DNA from: an uncultured Acidimicrobiaceae bacterium
GTDB lineage: Bacteria; Actinomycetota; Acidimicrobiia; Spongiisociales; UBA5794
Reading direction: 5' to 3'
Assembly: GCA_947258375.1 (NCBI GenBank)
Contig: CAMYIJ010000017.1
Coordinates: 9,966-73,965 of the forward strand
Length of the DNA: 64,000 nucleotides
This document shows, piece by piece, positions 56,492-64,000 of the stretch. The first letter of the stretch is position 1. Each line of letters starts with the position of its first letter. A program made the translations under genes and the position numbers. The notes under the pieces are model-generated. The model made no database searches and was not told where the DNA came from. It saw nothing but the letters and a program-made list of their open reading frames with translations.

Positions 56492-56827
56492 TCAGCCACC
56501 GTCGCTGCCGGCCTGCAATTCACGGACGTATTCGACAAGGCTGTCGAGTTGCTCCGAGGTCAGTCGGGGGAAGCCCGGCATGCTCCCGGGGCCGACGGAG
56601 ATTGCGCCGCGGATCTGCCGGTCGGTCAGCTCGGCGGCCGCCGAACCGGCGCCGATCTGCGTCCCGCGCAACCCGTCCTCGCCATGACACGCCTCACAAC
56701 TCTTGTTGTAGAGCTCCTGTCCTAGAAGGCCTTCGGTGGAACCCGCGCACCCCGCCACCAGCGCCCCGACCAACATGATCAGAGCCGCGAAAACAACAAA
56801 TCTCTTGAAAGGGAAGACAGATCTCAT
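56492..56827 (-). CDS. Class I c-type cytochrome, lipoprotein
   Basis: MRSVFPFKRFVVFAALIMLVGALVAGCAG lipobox. A single CEACH haem motif and a distal GSMPGF (Met ligand region). Confidence 0.8.
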   Translation of the reverse strand: MRSVFPFKRFVVFAALIMLVGALVAGCAGSTEGLLGQELYNKSCEACHGEDGLRGTQIGAGSAAAELTDRQIRGAISVGPGSMPGFPRLTSEQLDSLVEYVRELQAGSDGG

Positions 56828-56852
56828 CGGCGCAAGGGTAGATGCGGCCGGA

Positions 56853-58262
56853 CTACACGCCAACAGAGAGCGGAAGCGTCACCCGCACCGTTGTGCCATG
56901 TCCGACCTTGCTGGTGACCGCCACGCTGCCGTGCATGGCCTCCACCAGTTCCTTGACTATCGGTAGTCCCAGGCCGCTGCCCTCGGGCCGTACCGGGCGA
57001 TACCGTTGCGCCACGTAGAGGCGCTCAAAGACGCGAGGGATGTCCTGTTCATCGATGCCCGGGCCCGAGTCGGCGACCTCGAAGATCACCTCGGTGCCGA
57101 TGCCGGTCATCGTCAGGACGACGGACCCCCTTTCCGGGGTGTAGCGCAGGGCGTTGTCGACCAGGTTGCCCAACACCTGGGCGATGCGGTCGGGATCGAT
57201 GTCGACCGAACCGACGTCACCTATCTGCGCTTCGAAACGGACTCCGAGTTTCTCGGCTCGCACCCGATGCTCTGCGGCAAGCTCCTCGACGTGCGCCGCC
57301 AGATCGACAGGTTCACTGCGCAGATTGAACTCGCGCGCCTCGAGACGCGCCAACAGCATCAGGTCCTCCACGAGCCGGCTGAGCCGATCGGTCTGGCGAT
57401 GGAGGACCTCGGCAACCCGGGGGAAGTCCTCCTCCTCGATCACGCCGGCGTCCAGTGCCTCGGCGTATCCCCTGATGGTGGTGAGCGGTGTTCTCAAGTC
57501 GTGGCCGACGCTCATCAGGAAGTCACGTTCCCGGCGCTGAGACTGCTGCAAGTTCGCCGCCATGTAGTTGAAAGTCGAGCTCAACTCGGCGACCCCGTCC
57601 GTCCCCTCTACCGGAGCGCGGGCCCCGAAGTCACCATCGGCCAGGATGACCGCCGCCTCTTCGAGGCCCGCCAACCGTTTGCTCAGGCGTCGCGACACCA
57701 GCCAGGACACCGCCAGGGCCAGCAATACCCCGACGATCAATCCCACCGCGAGAGGTCGGGTGAAGGCGCCGCTCGATAGCAGGGGCTCCTCCCGGCCGAT
57801 CGCGATCAGGAGCCGGATTCGGCCGACGTCGACTCCGCGCGTTGTAGCGAACACCGGCGTTCCCTCGATGTCGAGCCGGCGCACCGCGCGGACATCGATC
57901 GAGCCGGCTCGGAACTGCGGCAAAAGGATCGGGTCTCTGACGATCGGAGTGACCCCGTCCTCGGTGATGATGGCCGCCTCCAGATAGTCGTAGCCACCGA
58001 TAAGGCGAAGCTGCCTGAGTATCTGGCGGACCTCGCCGCGATCATCGGCGCGCAGCGAAGGGCCCAGCTCAGCACCGATCAGGTTCGCCGTCACCTCCGC
58101 CTGCCGGTTCAGCTCGGTGCGGTTCGCGGAGATCTGCTGTTGGCGAATAACCGCCCCCGCCGTGAGCCCGATGAGCAACGCCACGATTGCCGCCAGGAGG
58201 ACTCCCCAGAAGATTCGGCGACGCATCTCGGTCAGCCGCCGATCCGGTAGCCGACTCCCCAC
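56853..58262 (-). CDS. Sensor histidine kinase (2 TM, HAMP, HisKA, HATPase_c)
   Basis: H-box FLMSVGHDLRTPLTTIRGY, N-box VLGNLVDNALRY and G-boxes VADSGPGI / GSGLGLPIV. The alternative start ATG 58226 avoids overlap with the regulator gene. Confidence 0.88.
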   Translation of the reverse strand: MGSRLPDRRLTEMRRRIFWGVLLAAIVALLIGLTAGAVIRQQQISANRTELNRQAEVTANLIGAELGPSLRADDRGEVRQILRQLRLIGGYDYLEAAIITEDGVTPIVRDPILLPQFRAGSIDVRAVRRLDIEGTPVFATTRGVDVGRIRLLIAIGREEPLLSSGAFTRPLAVGLIVGVLLALAVSWLVSRRLSKRLAGLEEAAVILADGDFGARAPVEGTDGVAELSSTFNYMAANLQQSQRRERDFLMSVGHDLRTPLTTIRGYAEALDAGVIEEEDFPRVAEVLHRQTDRLSRLVEDLMLLARLEAREFNLRSEPVDLAAHVEELAAEHRVRAEKLGVRFEAQIGDVGSVDIDPDRIAQVLGNLVDNALRYTPERGSVVLTMTGIGTEVIFEVADSGPGIDEQDIPRVFERLYVAQRYRPVRPEGSGLGLPIVKELVEAMHGSVAVTSKVGHGTTVRVTLPLSVGV

Positions 58263-58903
58263 ACGGTTTCGAGCGGTATGTCGGGAAGCTTCTTGCGGAG
58301 CTGGCGGACATGAACGTCAACCGTTCGAGTCTCCCCGAAGTAGTCGTATCCCCACACGGCCTCCAATAGCTGGCTCCGCGAGAGGACGAGACCCGCATGC
58401 TCCACCAGGTACCAGAGGAGGTCGAACTCGCGGGCCGTGGGGCGTACGACCGTCTTGGCGGGCGTTGTCACTTCACGACGGCCGCTGTCGACAGAGAATC
58501 CACCGACCTCGAGGACTTGCGGCTTGGTTGGACGTTCTTCGGAGCGTCGGAGCACCGCCTTGACTCGCGCGACCAACTCGCGGGGACTGAACGGCTTCGT
58601 GACATAGTCGTCGGCGCCGATCTCGAGGCCAACGACCTTGTCGATCTCACTGTCACGGGCCGTGAGCATGATGACGGGAACGTCCGAAGCCGACCGGATC
58701 CGACGGCACACCTCCATGCCATCAATTCCGGGCAGGCCGATGTCGAGGAGCACAACGCGGGGCGATCGCTCCTCGAGGCGCCGCAGCCCGGCCTCACCGT
58801 CGACGGCGTGGATCAGCCGGAACCCCTCCTTCTCGAAGTAGAGGCTCAGTAGCTCGGCGATCTCGGTTTCGTCCTCGATGAGGAGGATGGTCCCGCTGGA
58901 CAT
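58232..58903 (-). CDS. Response regulator, OmpR/PhoB family
   Basis: ILLIEDETEIAELL...VLLDIGLPGIDG receiver, plus a winged-helix C-terminus (LTAREFDLLWYLVEHAGLVLSRSQLLEAVWG...VDVHVRQLRKKL). ATG 58903. Confidence 0.9.
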   Translation of the reverse strand: MSSGTILLIEDETEIAELLSLYFEKEGFRLIHAVDGEAGLRRLEERSPRVVLLDIGLPGIDGMEVCRRIRSASDVPVIMLTARDSEIDKVVGLEIGADDYVTKPFSPRELVARVKAVLRRSEERPTKPQVLEVGGFSVDSGRREVTTPAKTVVRPTAREFDLLWYLVEHAGLVLSRSQLLEAVWGYDYFGETRTVDVHVRQLRKKLPDIPLETVWGVGYRIGG

Positions 58904-59037
58904 CAATTGGGCTCCGGCTCGATTGTCCCCTCCCAGTATCGGACGGAGATGTATGAGCACTGTAAGGGGATTGTCCGAGAATCCAACCGGGCTTCACTCT
59001 ATTGGCAGGCGCGTATCCGGCGGTCGCCGAACCGGCG

Positions 59038-60009
59038 TCAGAAGGGGTGCAGCGGGAGTGAACGCACTTCTGCGGCCAGTGCCGTCGCCTCGATGGTGGC
59101 CGTCACGGCAGCACCATCCGCAACCTCGTGGTGGACGAGAGCCAATCCGATCGTCGCATCGCCCGCCAAAGAAGGCGCCGCCGAGGACACAACTCCGACT
59201 TCCCGGTCGGGTGTTGTCAGCGTGGCTCCGGCTAGAGGCACCGACCCGGGAACAACGATGGCGCGCAGTGTCCGGGTGACTCGACCCCGACTGTCGATTC
59301 GAGCAACGAGCTCCTGGCCCAAGTAGCAGCCCTTGTTGAAGTCGACCGCTTCGTCGACCGGTCCGAGCTCATGTGAAATCGTGGTGTCGTCGAAGTCAAC
59401 ATTCCCCACCGGTTCGCCGGCGGCGATTCGCAGCGACTCGTAGGCGGAAGCACCGACCGCGGGAGCGCTTGACGATATCGCCGCCGCGGCGTCGCCCACC
59501 AGCACATATCGGGCCGGGGCGGCGTTCGGGAATGGAATCGTCGCCGCCAGCCCGGAGGCCGTAGGCAGCCAACCGGCGCCTGGACGCGGGATGTCCCCGG
59601 CCAGTAGCGCGTCAGCAGCGCCGGGACCGGCCACGGTCACCACGGGTCGCTCGTCGATTTCGATGGCAGCATCGACGCGAAACCTGAATCGGGTCAGGTC
59701 CTCAACCACGGTCGATTCCGTTGCCTTTTGGGTGACCAGGCCGACCTGATCGGATTCACCGCCGAGGACCCACAACAAGGCGCGCATCTTGCCCTGGGGA
59801 GAAAGCAGCAGCGAGCGGCGTACCTCTCCGGGTTCTGTGCCGGCGACCGATTGGCTGATGAGCCCATCGAGGAACGTGGTGGCGTCGGGGCCCTTCACCC
59901 AAACGAGACTGTGGGCGGCGCGCACGACACCTGCCCGCGTCGTCAGGGCGTCGATGTCGTCCGCACTCCGCTGGGCGGCGGCTGCCGCCGTCACTGCCCC
60001 GTCAGACAT
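59038..60009 (-). CDS. ygfZ: YgfZ/GcvT-like folate-binding protein
   Basis: GcvT-type N-terminus (VWVKGPDATTFLDGLISQ) and the YgfZ signature NKGCYLGQELVARI. ATG 60009 overlaps the trpE stop (ATGTCTGA). Confidence 0.8.
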   Translation of the reverse strand: MSDGAVTAAAAAQRSADDIDALTTRAGVVRAAHSLVWVKGPDATTFLDGLISQSVAGTEPGEVRRSLLLSPQGKMRALLWVLGGESDQVGLVTQKATESTVVEDLTRFRFRVDAAIEIDERPVVTVAGPGAADALLAGDIPRPGAGWLPTASGLAATIPFPNAAPARYVLVGDAAAAISSSAPAVGASAYESLRIAAGEPVGNVDFDDTTISHELGPVDEAVDFNKGCYLGQELVARIDSRGRVTRTLRAIVVPGSVPLAGATLTTPDREVGVVSSAAPSLAGDATIGLALVHHEVADGAAVTATIEATALAAEVRSLPLHPF

Positions 60010-61445
60010 TGGCCGCACCCCCGATTGCCGCGAGCACCGCGGCGGCCTTGTTGAGGCACTCCTGATACTCCAATGCGGGGTCACTGTCGGCCACGACGCC
60101 GGCTCCAGCCTGGACCCAGGCCTTGCCGTCCGCGGCCACCAGCGTTCGCAGCGCGATCGCGGTATCCACATTGCCCGAGAAATCGATGTAACCCACGGCT
60201 CCAGCATACGGGCCGCGCGCCGTCGGTTCGAGCTCGTCGATGATTTCCATTGCCCGCACTTTCGGCGCCCCCGACACGGTGCCGTGCGGGAAGGTGGCCC
60301 GAAGCAGGTCGACGGGGCCGACCCGGGGCCGCAGGCGGCCGCTCACTCCCGAAACGATGTGCATGACATGCGAATAGCGCTCGACCACCATCAGATCTTC
60401 CACCTCCACCGACCCGAATTCGCAGACCCGGCCCAGATCATTGCGCGCCAGGTCGATCAACATCACGTGCTCGGCTCGTTCCTTGGGATCGGCCAGCAGC
60501 TCCTCCTCATACGCGACGTCTTCCTCCGGTGTGGTCCCCCGCGGCCGGGTTCCCGCGATCGGGCGGCTGTCCGCTTTGCCATCGCGCGCCCGTGTCATCA
60601 ACTCGGGAGAGGCTCCGCAAATCACAAAGCCTTCGTGGCGCAGGAAGAAGAGGAACGGCGACGGGTTCACCATACGGAGCGCTCGATAGACCTCGAACGG
60701 ATCCCCTGCGAAGTCGACCTCCAGCCGCAACGATGGCACGATCTGGAAGGCATCACCGGCCTGGATGTACTCGATGGCACGGGATACAGCCGCCTCGAAG
60801 GCCGTCCGGGTCATGTTGGCGCGCGGCTCCGGGCTCTCGGTGAAGTCGGGTCGCGACCGCACTGTATAGGGAGCACTTCGACCGAGGCGCCCCGCCACCG
60901 CCCCCAATTCCGTAAACGCCGCGTCGTATTGGGAGCTTGGGTCGTCGTCGATAAACACATTGCGCACCAGGCGAATCGTCTGCCTGAAACGATCGACAAC
61001 GGCGAGCATCCCAAAAAGCTGCCAGGCCATCTCGGGCAAGCCGCGATCGTCGAGGGGCTGATCAGGGAGGTCCTCGACGTAGCGCACGATGTCGTAGCCG
61101 AGGAAGCCGACGGCCCCGGCAATCGATGAAGGTTTCGAGGGCTGCCAGGGGGTCAAGGCCTTCGATTGTCGGCACGGCCGGCGCGGGGCCGGCGGTCGCG
61201 GTCACCGTCGTCTTGCCTTCATGTGTCAGCAACGTCAGGCGACTGTCCCAGCCCACGAACGACCAGCGAGCCCACTGCTCCCCACCTTCGACCGACTCGA
61301 GCAGAAACCCGTCGGCACCACCGACGAGTTTCTCGTAGACCGAAACGGGTGTCTCCCGGTCCCCGAGGATTTCGACCGACAGGGGCACAACCGAGTAACT
61401 CGAGGCGAGGGCGACAAACTCATCACGGCTCAGGCTTGGCTTCAT
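60002..61445 (-). pseudogene. trpE: Anthranilate synthase component I, interrupted by a frame change near 61120-61128
   Basis: The N-terminal frame (61445 downwards) reads MKPSLSRDEFVALASSYSVVPLSVEILGDRETPVSVYEKL...DPLAALETFI. The second frame reads IAGAVGFLGYDIVRYVEDLP...IAGTRPRG...LLADPKERAEHVMLIDLARNDLGR...GAPKVRAMEII...GGAVGY... Confidence 0.8.
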
Positions 61446-61479
61446 CGAGCGAGGTTAGGCCGCCCCGGGCACTGCCGGG

Positions 61480-62226
61480 TCAAATCTCCGCGAGGCGCTC
61501 GAGGCCGATCCTGGTCAACATATCTGTGAACCAGCTTGACAGCATGGTCAGCTGGTTTGTGACCAGCAGGAGACCGAACAGCGCCAACAGGGTGCCGGAC
61601 GCCACAGTGATAGCCGTGAGGTGCCGCTTGAGGACGTTGAAGAACGAGAATGCTTTGGCCAGAAGGAGCGATGTCAGAAGGAAGGGGATTCCCAGCCCCA
61701 AGGAGTAGAAGAAGAGCCGCAGCATTCCCTCGCCGACGCCTTCGCTGCTGCTGGCAAGGGTGAGCGCCGAACCGAGGAAGGGACCGATGCAAGGGGTCCA
61801 TCCGAAGGCGAATGCCGCCCCCATCACAGGTGGGGCGAAGTTGCCGAGTTTCGATGGCCGCACCTCGATGCGGCGATCCTTCATAGCCGGGAGGAGAAAT
61901 GAAGGTGTCCAGACTGCGGTGACCGCCACAAACACTCCGAGCGCAACTATCACCCAGCCGGAAATGACACGGAACAGCGTCTGCTCCGACCGAAGGAATG
62001 ACCCGAACGAAGTGGCACCGGCGCCGAGGCCAATGAACACGAGCGTGAAGCCCGCGACAAACAACGCTGTCTTCAACACAACTTTGCGGTTGTCGACCCT
62101 CCCTTCAGACAGGTCCTGGATGGAGTAGCCGGATACGAGCGAGAGGTATCCCGGGAGAAGCGGAAGCACGCACGGGCTGATGAAGGAAACCAGGCCGAAG
62201 AAAACAGCGGCAAATAGCTCTGACAT
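61480..62226 (-). CDS. ccdA: Cytochrome c biogenesis thiol-disulfide transporter CcdA (DsbD family)
   Basis: GLVSFISPCVLPLLPGYLS and FGWTPCIGPFLG, the two conserved Cys motifs. Six TM helices. Confidence 0.88.
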   Translation of the reverse strand: MSELFAAVFFGLVSFISPCVLPLLPGYLSLVSGYSIQDLSEGRVDNRKVVLKTALFVAGFTLVFIGLGAGATSFGSFLRSEQTLFRVISGWVIVALGVFVAVTAVWTPSFLLPAMKDRRIEVRPSKLGNFAPPVMGAAFAFGWTPCIGPFLGSALTLASSSEGVGEGMLRLFFYSLGLGIPFLLTSLLLAKAFSFFNVLKRHLTAITVASGTLLALFGLLLVTNQLTMLSSWFTDMLTRIGLERLAEI

Positions 62227-62422
62227 CTATCGAGATCTCCTGTGCACAATCTGAGACGGCCGGTCGCCATCCCATCGGTTCGACAACCCGTCACCTCGAC
62301 ACATTGTTCCATCGATTGCCCAGAATGCTCGAATTCCGACAAAGCCGGCGTTCGAGCGTGATCGATGCACTCCGGCAGAAGCCGTTAGTCTCCTGACCCG
62401 TGAAACCATCCATGAGCAACGC

Positions 62423-63685
62423 GTGCTGATCCAAAGCCAAGAGAAGTCGTCGTTCTCGACGCTCGACAGACGTGCCCTGTTTCTGATGTCGACCGTCGCG
62501 TTCTTCGCCGGACTGGCCGGCACGACGATTTCTCACACCCTCCCTTTTGCCCGCGAGTCGCTCGGCTTGACCGAGGGGGACATGTTCACGGTGTTCGCGA
62601 TTACCCGTGCCGTGTCGCTTGCGGGAATCGCCTTCGCCATCTTCGCCGATCGCAACGGGCGCCGGAAACCATTCATCGCGGCCTATACACTGCTGATTGT
62701 TGGCAACGCGGCCACCGCGGTCCTGCCCGGGGTGCCCGCCTTCGCCATCGCCCAGTCGATCACGCGAATCGGAGTTGTGGCGGTCGCCGCTCTGGCCGTT
62801 GTCGTCCTCGCCGAAGAGTTGACGCCGGGAATACGCGCCTACGGAATGGGGATCTACGCACTGGCGGGCTCGATGGGAGCCGGCCTGGGACTGATCTTGC
62901 TACCGATTGCGGAACGGAGCGAAGCCTCTTGGCGGATCCTCTTCGGGATCTCGGCGGCGGGCCTGCTGGCGCTCCCGCTGCTGAACCAGTTCCTGAGAGA
63001 GTCACGAGCGTTCCGGCATTTCGACACCCATGTCACCTTCCCGAGGGCACTGTCGGCCGGGCTGGCGAAACACTTCTGGCCGTTGGCCGGCATTGCGTTC
63101 TTTGTCGCCGCCTTCTCCTCCCCCGCTTTCGATTTTGTCTTCGAACGGTTGATCAACGACCTCGCATGGGATGCCGGCCCGGCACGGTTCCTTCTCATCG
63201 TCTTCTCGGGGCTCGGCGCTTTCGGCCTTCTATTCGGAGGGCGCATGGCCGACAGCATGGGGCGGCGCCAGACGACGGTGATCGCCGTGCTGTTGGGGGC
63301 CGTCGGCGGCGTCGCTTTCTATACGCTCGACTCGGGTTGGCTGCTCGCACCGGCGATTCTCATTGCGTCATTCGGTGCCTCGATGCTCGTGCCGGCCTTT
63401 GCGGCCCACCGTTCCGAGCTCTTCCCCACCAGGGTGCGGGCCACGGCGGCCGGCTGGATAACCAATGCGGCCATCGCGGGCAGCATCGCCGGTTTCACGT
63501 TGGGAGCGCTCGTGGTCGACAGCATCGGGCTGTCGAGCACGATCAGCATCCTGGCGCTCGGACTGGTAATCGCCGCGTTGCTGGTCACCCGACTCCCCGA
63601 GACCCGGGGGATCGACCTGGTGCGGTCGCGGACGCCCCGGCCCAATGTGGTTGCCGAGGACGCCCCCCAGCAACCTGCCGGCTAG
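62423..63685 (+). CDS. MFS transporter
   Basis: About 12 TM helices. An MFS loop motif is present (ADRNGRRKP between TM2 and TM3, and GGRMADSMGRRQ in the second half). Start uncertain (GTG 62423 or ATG 62486). Confidence 0.8.
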   Translation: MLIQSQEKSSFSTLDRRALFLMSTVAFFAGLAGTTISHTLPFARESLGLTEGDMFTVFAITRAVSLAGIAFAIFADRNGRRKPFIAAYTLLIVGNAATAVLPGVPAFAIAQSITRIGVVAVAALAVVVLAEELTPGIRAYGMGIYALAGSMGAGLGLILLPIAERSEASWRILFGISAAGLLALPLLNQFLRESRAFRHFDTHVTFPRALSAGLAKHFWPLAGIAFFVAAFSSPAFDFVFERLINDLAWDAGPARFLLIVFSGLGAFGLLFGGRMADSMGRRQTTVIAVLLGAVGGVAFYTLDSGWLLAPAILIASFGASMLVPAFAAHRSELFPTRVRATAAGWITNAAIAGSIAGFTLGALVVDSIGLSSTISILALGLVIAALLVTRLPETRGIDLVRSRTPRPNVVAEDAPQQPAG

Positions 63686-63730
63686 GCGGTATCGTCGGGC
63701 GATTTGCGGGCGTGGTTGATTGGCCGACCA

Positions 63731-64000
63731 TTAGGAACTCGTCGGCTGAGCCATCGCTACCGCCGCGGCCGAGAGCGGACCCTTGAAGTGCCACCACGTG
63801 AGAGCGCCCAGCCGAAGCATCATCAGCAGGGTGAGCGCCCACCACACCATCACGAGGCCGCCACCGGTCGGCAGGACCGCCAGGAGTAAGGCGATCGTGG
63901 CAACCGCCGCCGCCAACATCGATCCGGCCAGGAATCGGAAGGCGCTGGCGCCGACCCCGATCCCATCCCAGACGAAGACCAGCGCGTTGATGGGCTGCAT
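63731..64000 (-). CDS. MATE-family efflux transporter, C-terminal fragment (5' part outside the window)
   Basis: QPINALVFVWDGIGVGASAFRFLA resembles the conserved last-lobe MATE/DinF motif, followed by two TM helices. The frame is open to the window edge. Confidence 0.65.
   Translation of the reverse strand: MQPINALVFVWDGIGVGASAFRFLAGSMLAAAVATIALLLAVLPTGGGLVMVWWALTLLMMLRLGALTWWHFKGPLSAAAVAMAQPTSS

Noticed and set aside
58904-59037. A GGACAATC direct repeat (two copies about 47 nt apart) upstream of the OmpR-type regulator, considered as an autoregulatory site.
   Set aside because: It is a short 8-mer, the spacing is not a multiple of a helical turn, and chance occurrence is plausible. It is not strong enough to report as a feature.
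61446-61479. A tryptophan leader peptide/attenuator upstream of trpE.
   Set aside because: Only 34 nt separate the ccdA stop from the trpE start. That leaves no room for a Trp-codon leader ORF or alternative hairpins.

Overview
This is a gene-dense, visibly high-GC bacterial chromosome segment. Its backbone matches conserved actinobacterial housekeeping strings. On the minus strand these are: secG, tpiA-pgk-gap, yvcK-rapZ, uvrC, uvrA, uvrB-coaE, rpsA-polA, and trpA-B-F-C ... trpE-ccdA. Accessory blocks sit between these strings.

- 1-4650: Opp/Dpp-type ABC importer.
- 5080-10104: gpmA, a lipoprotein, an ECF sigma/anti-sigma pair, an orphan family-5 solute-binding protein and a hypothetical.
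- 17378-27586: an envelope-flavoured set. It holds a methyltransferase, a GT87-like membrane glycosyltransferase, an APH-like kinase, a di-haem cytochrome c peroxidase, an acyltransferase-3 and a ~1250-aa polytopic membrane protein ending in a patatin-like lipase domain.
- 30633-33031: a second GT87/DUF2029 protein plus an unknown.
- 35781-45380: a NarL-type two-component system, an Flp pilin gene too short for the ORF track, and a tad (tight-adherence) pilus operon. That operon runs cpaB-tadZ-cpaF-tadB-tadC and ends in a polytopic GT-C-like membrane protein.
- 50083-52169: tadE/tadG pseudopilin genes, on the other side of polA-rpsA.
- 56492-60009: a lipoprotein cytochrome c, an OmpR-type two-component system and a YgfZ-like protein, wedged inside the trp cluster.

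One tRNA-Leu(CAA) is present. No rRNA, CRISPR array, transposase or integrase was recognised.

The items most worth a second look are:

- the giant membrane-patatin fusion protein;
- the tad/flp locus split around polA-rpsA, with a GT-C-like terminal gene and no prepilin peptidase in the window;
- an AT-rich array of 13 TCAGTAY heptads upstream of tRNA-Leu;
- structured repeat clusters upstream of uvrA and between flp and the tad operon;
- uvrC and trpE, each broken by a frame change that also seems to remove conserved residues;
- the missing whiA.

Everything rests on reading the translations and sequence by eye. No database search was run.
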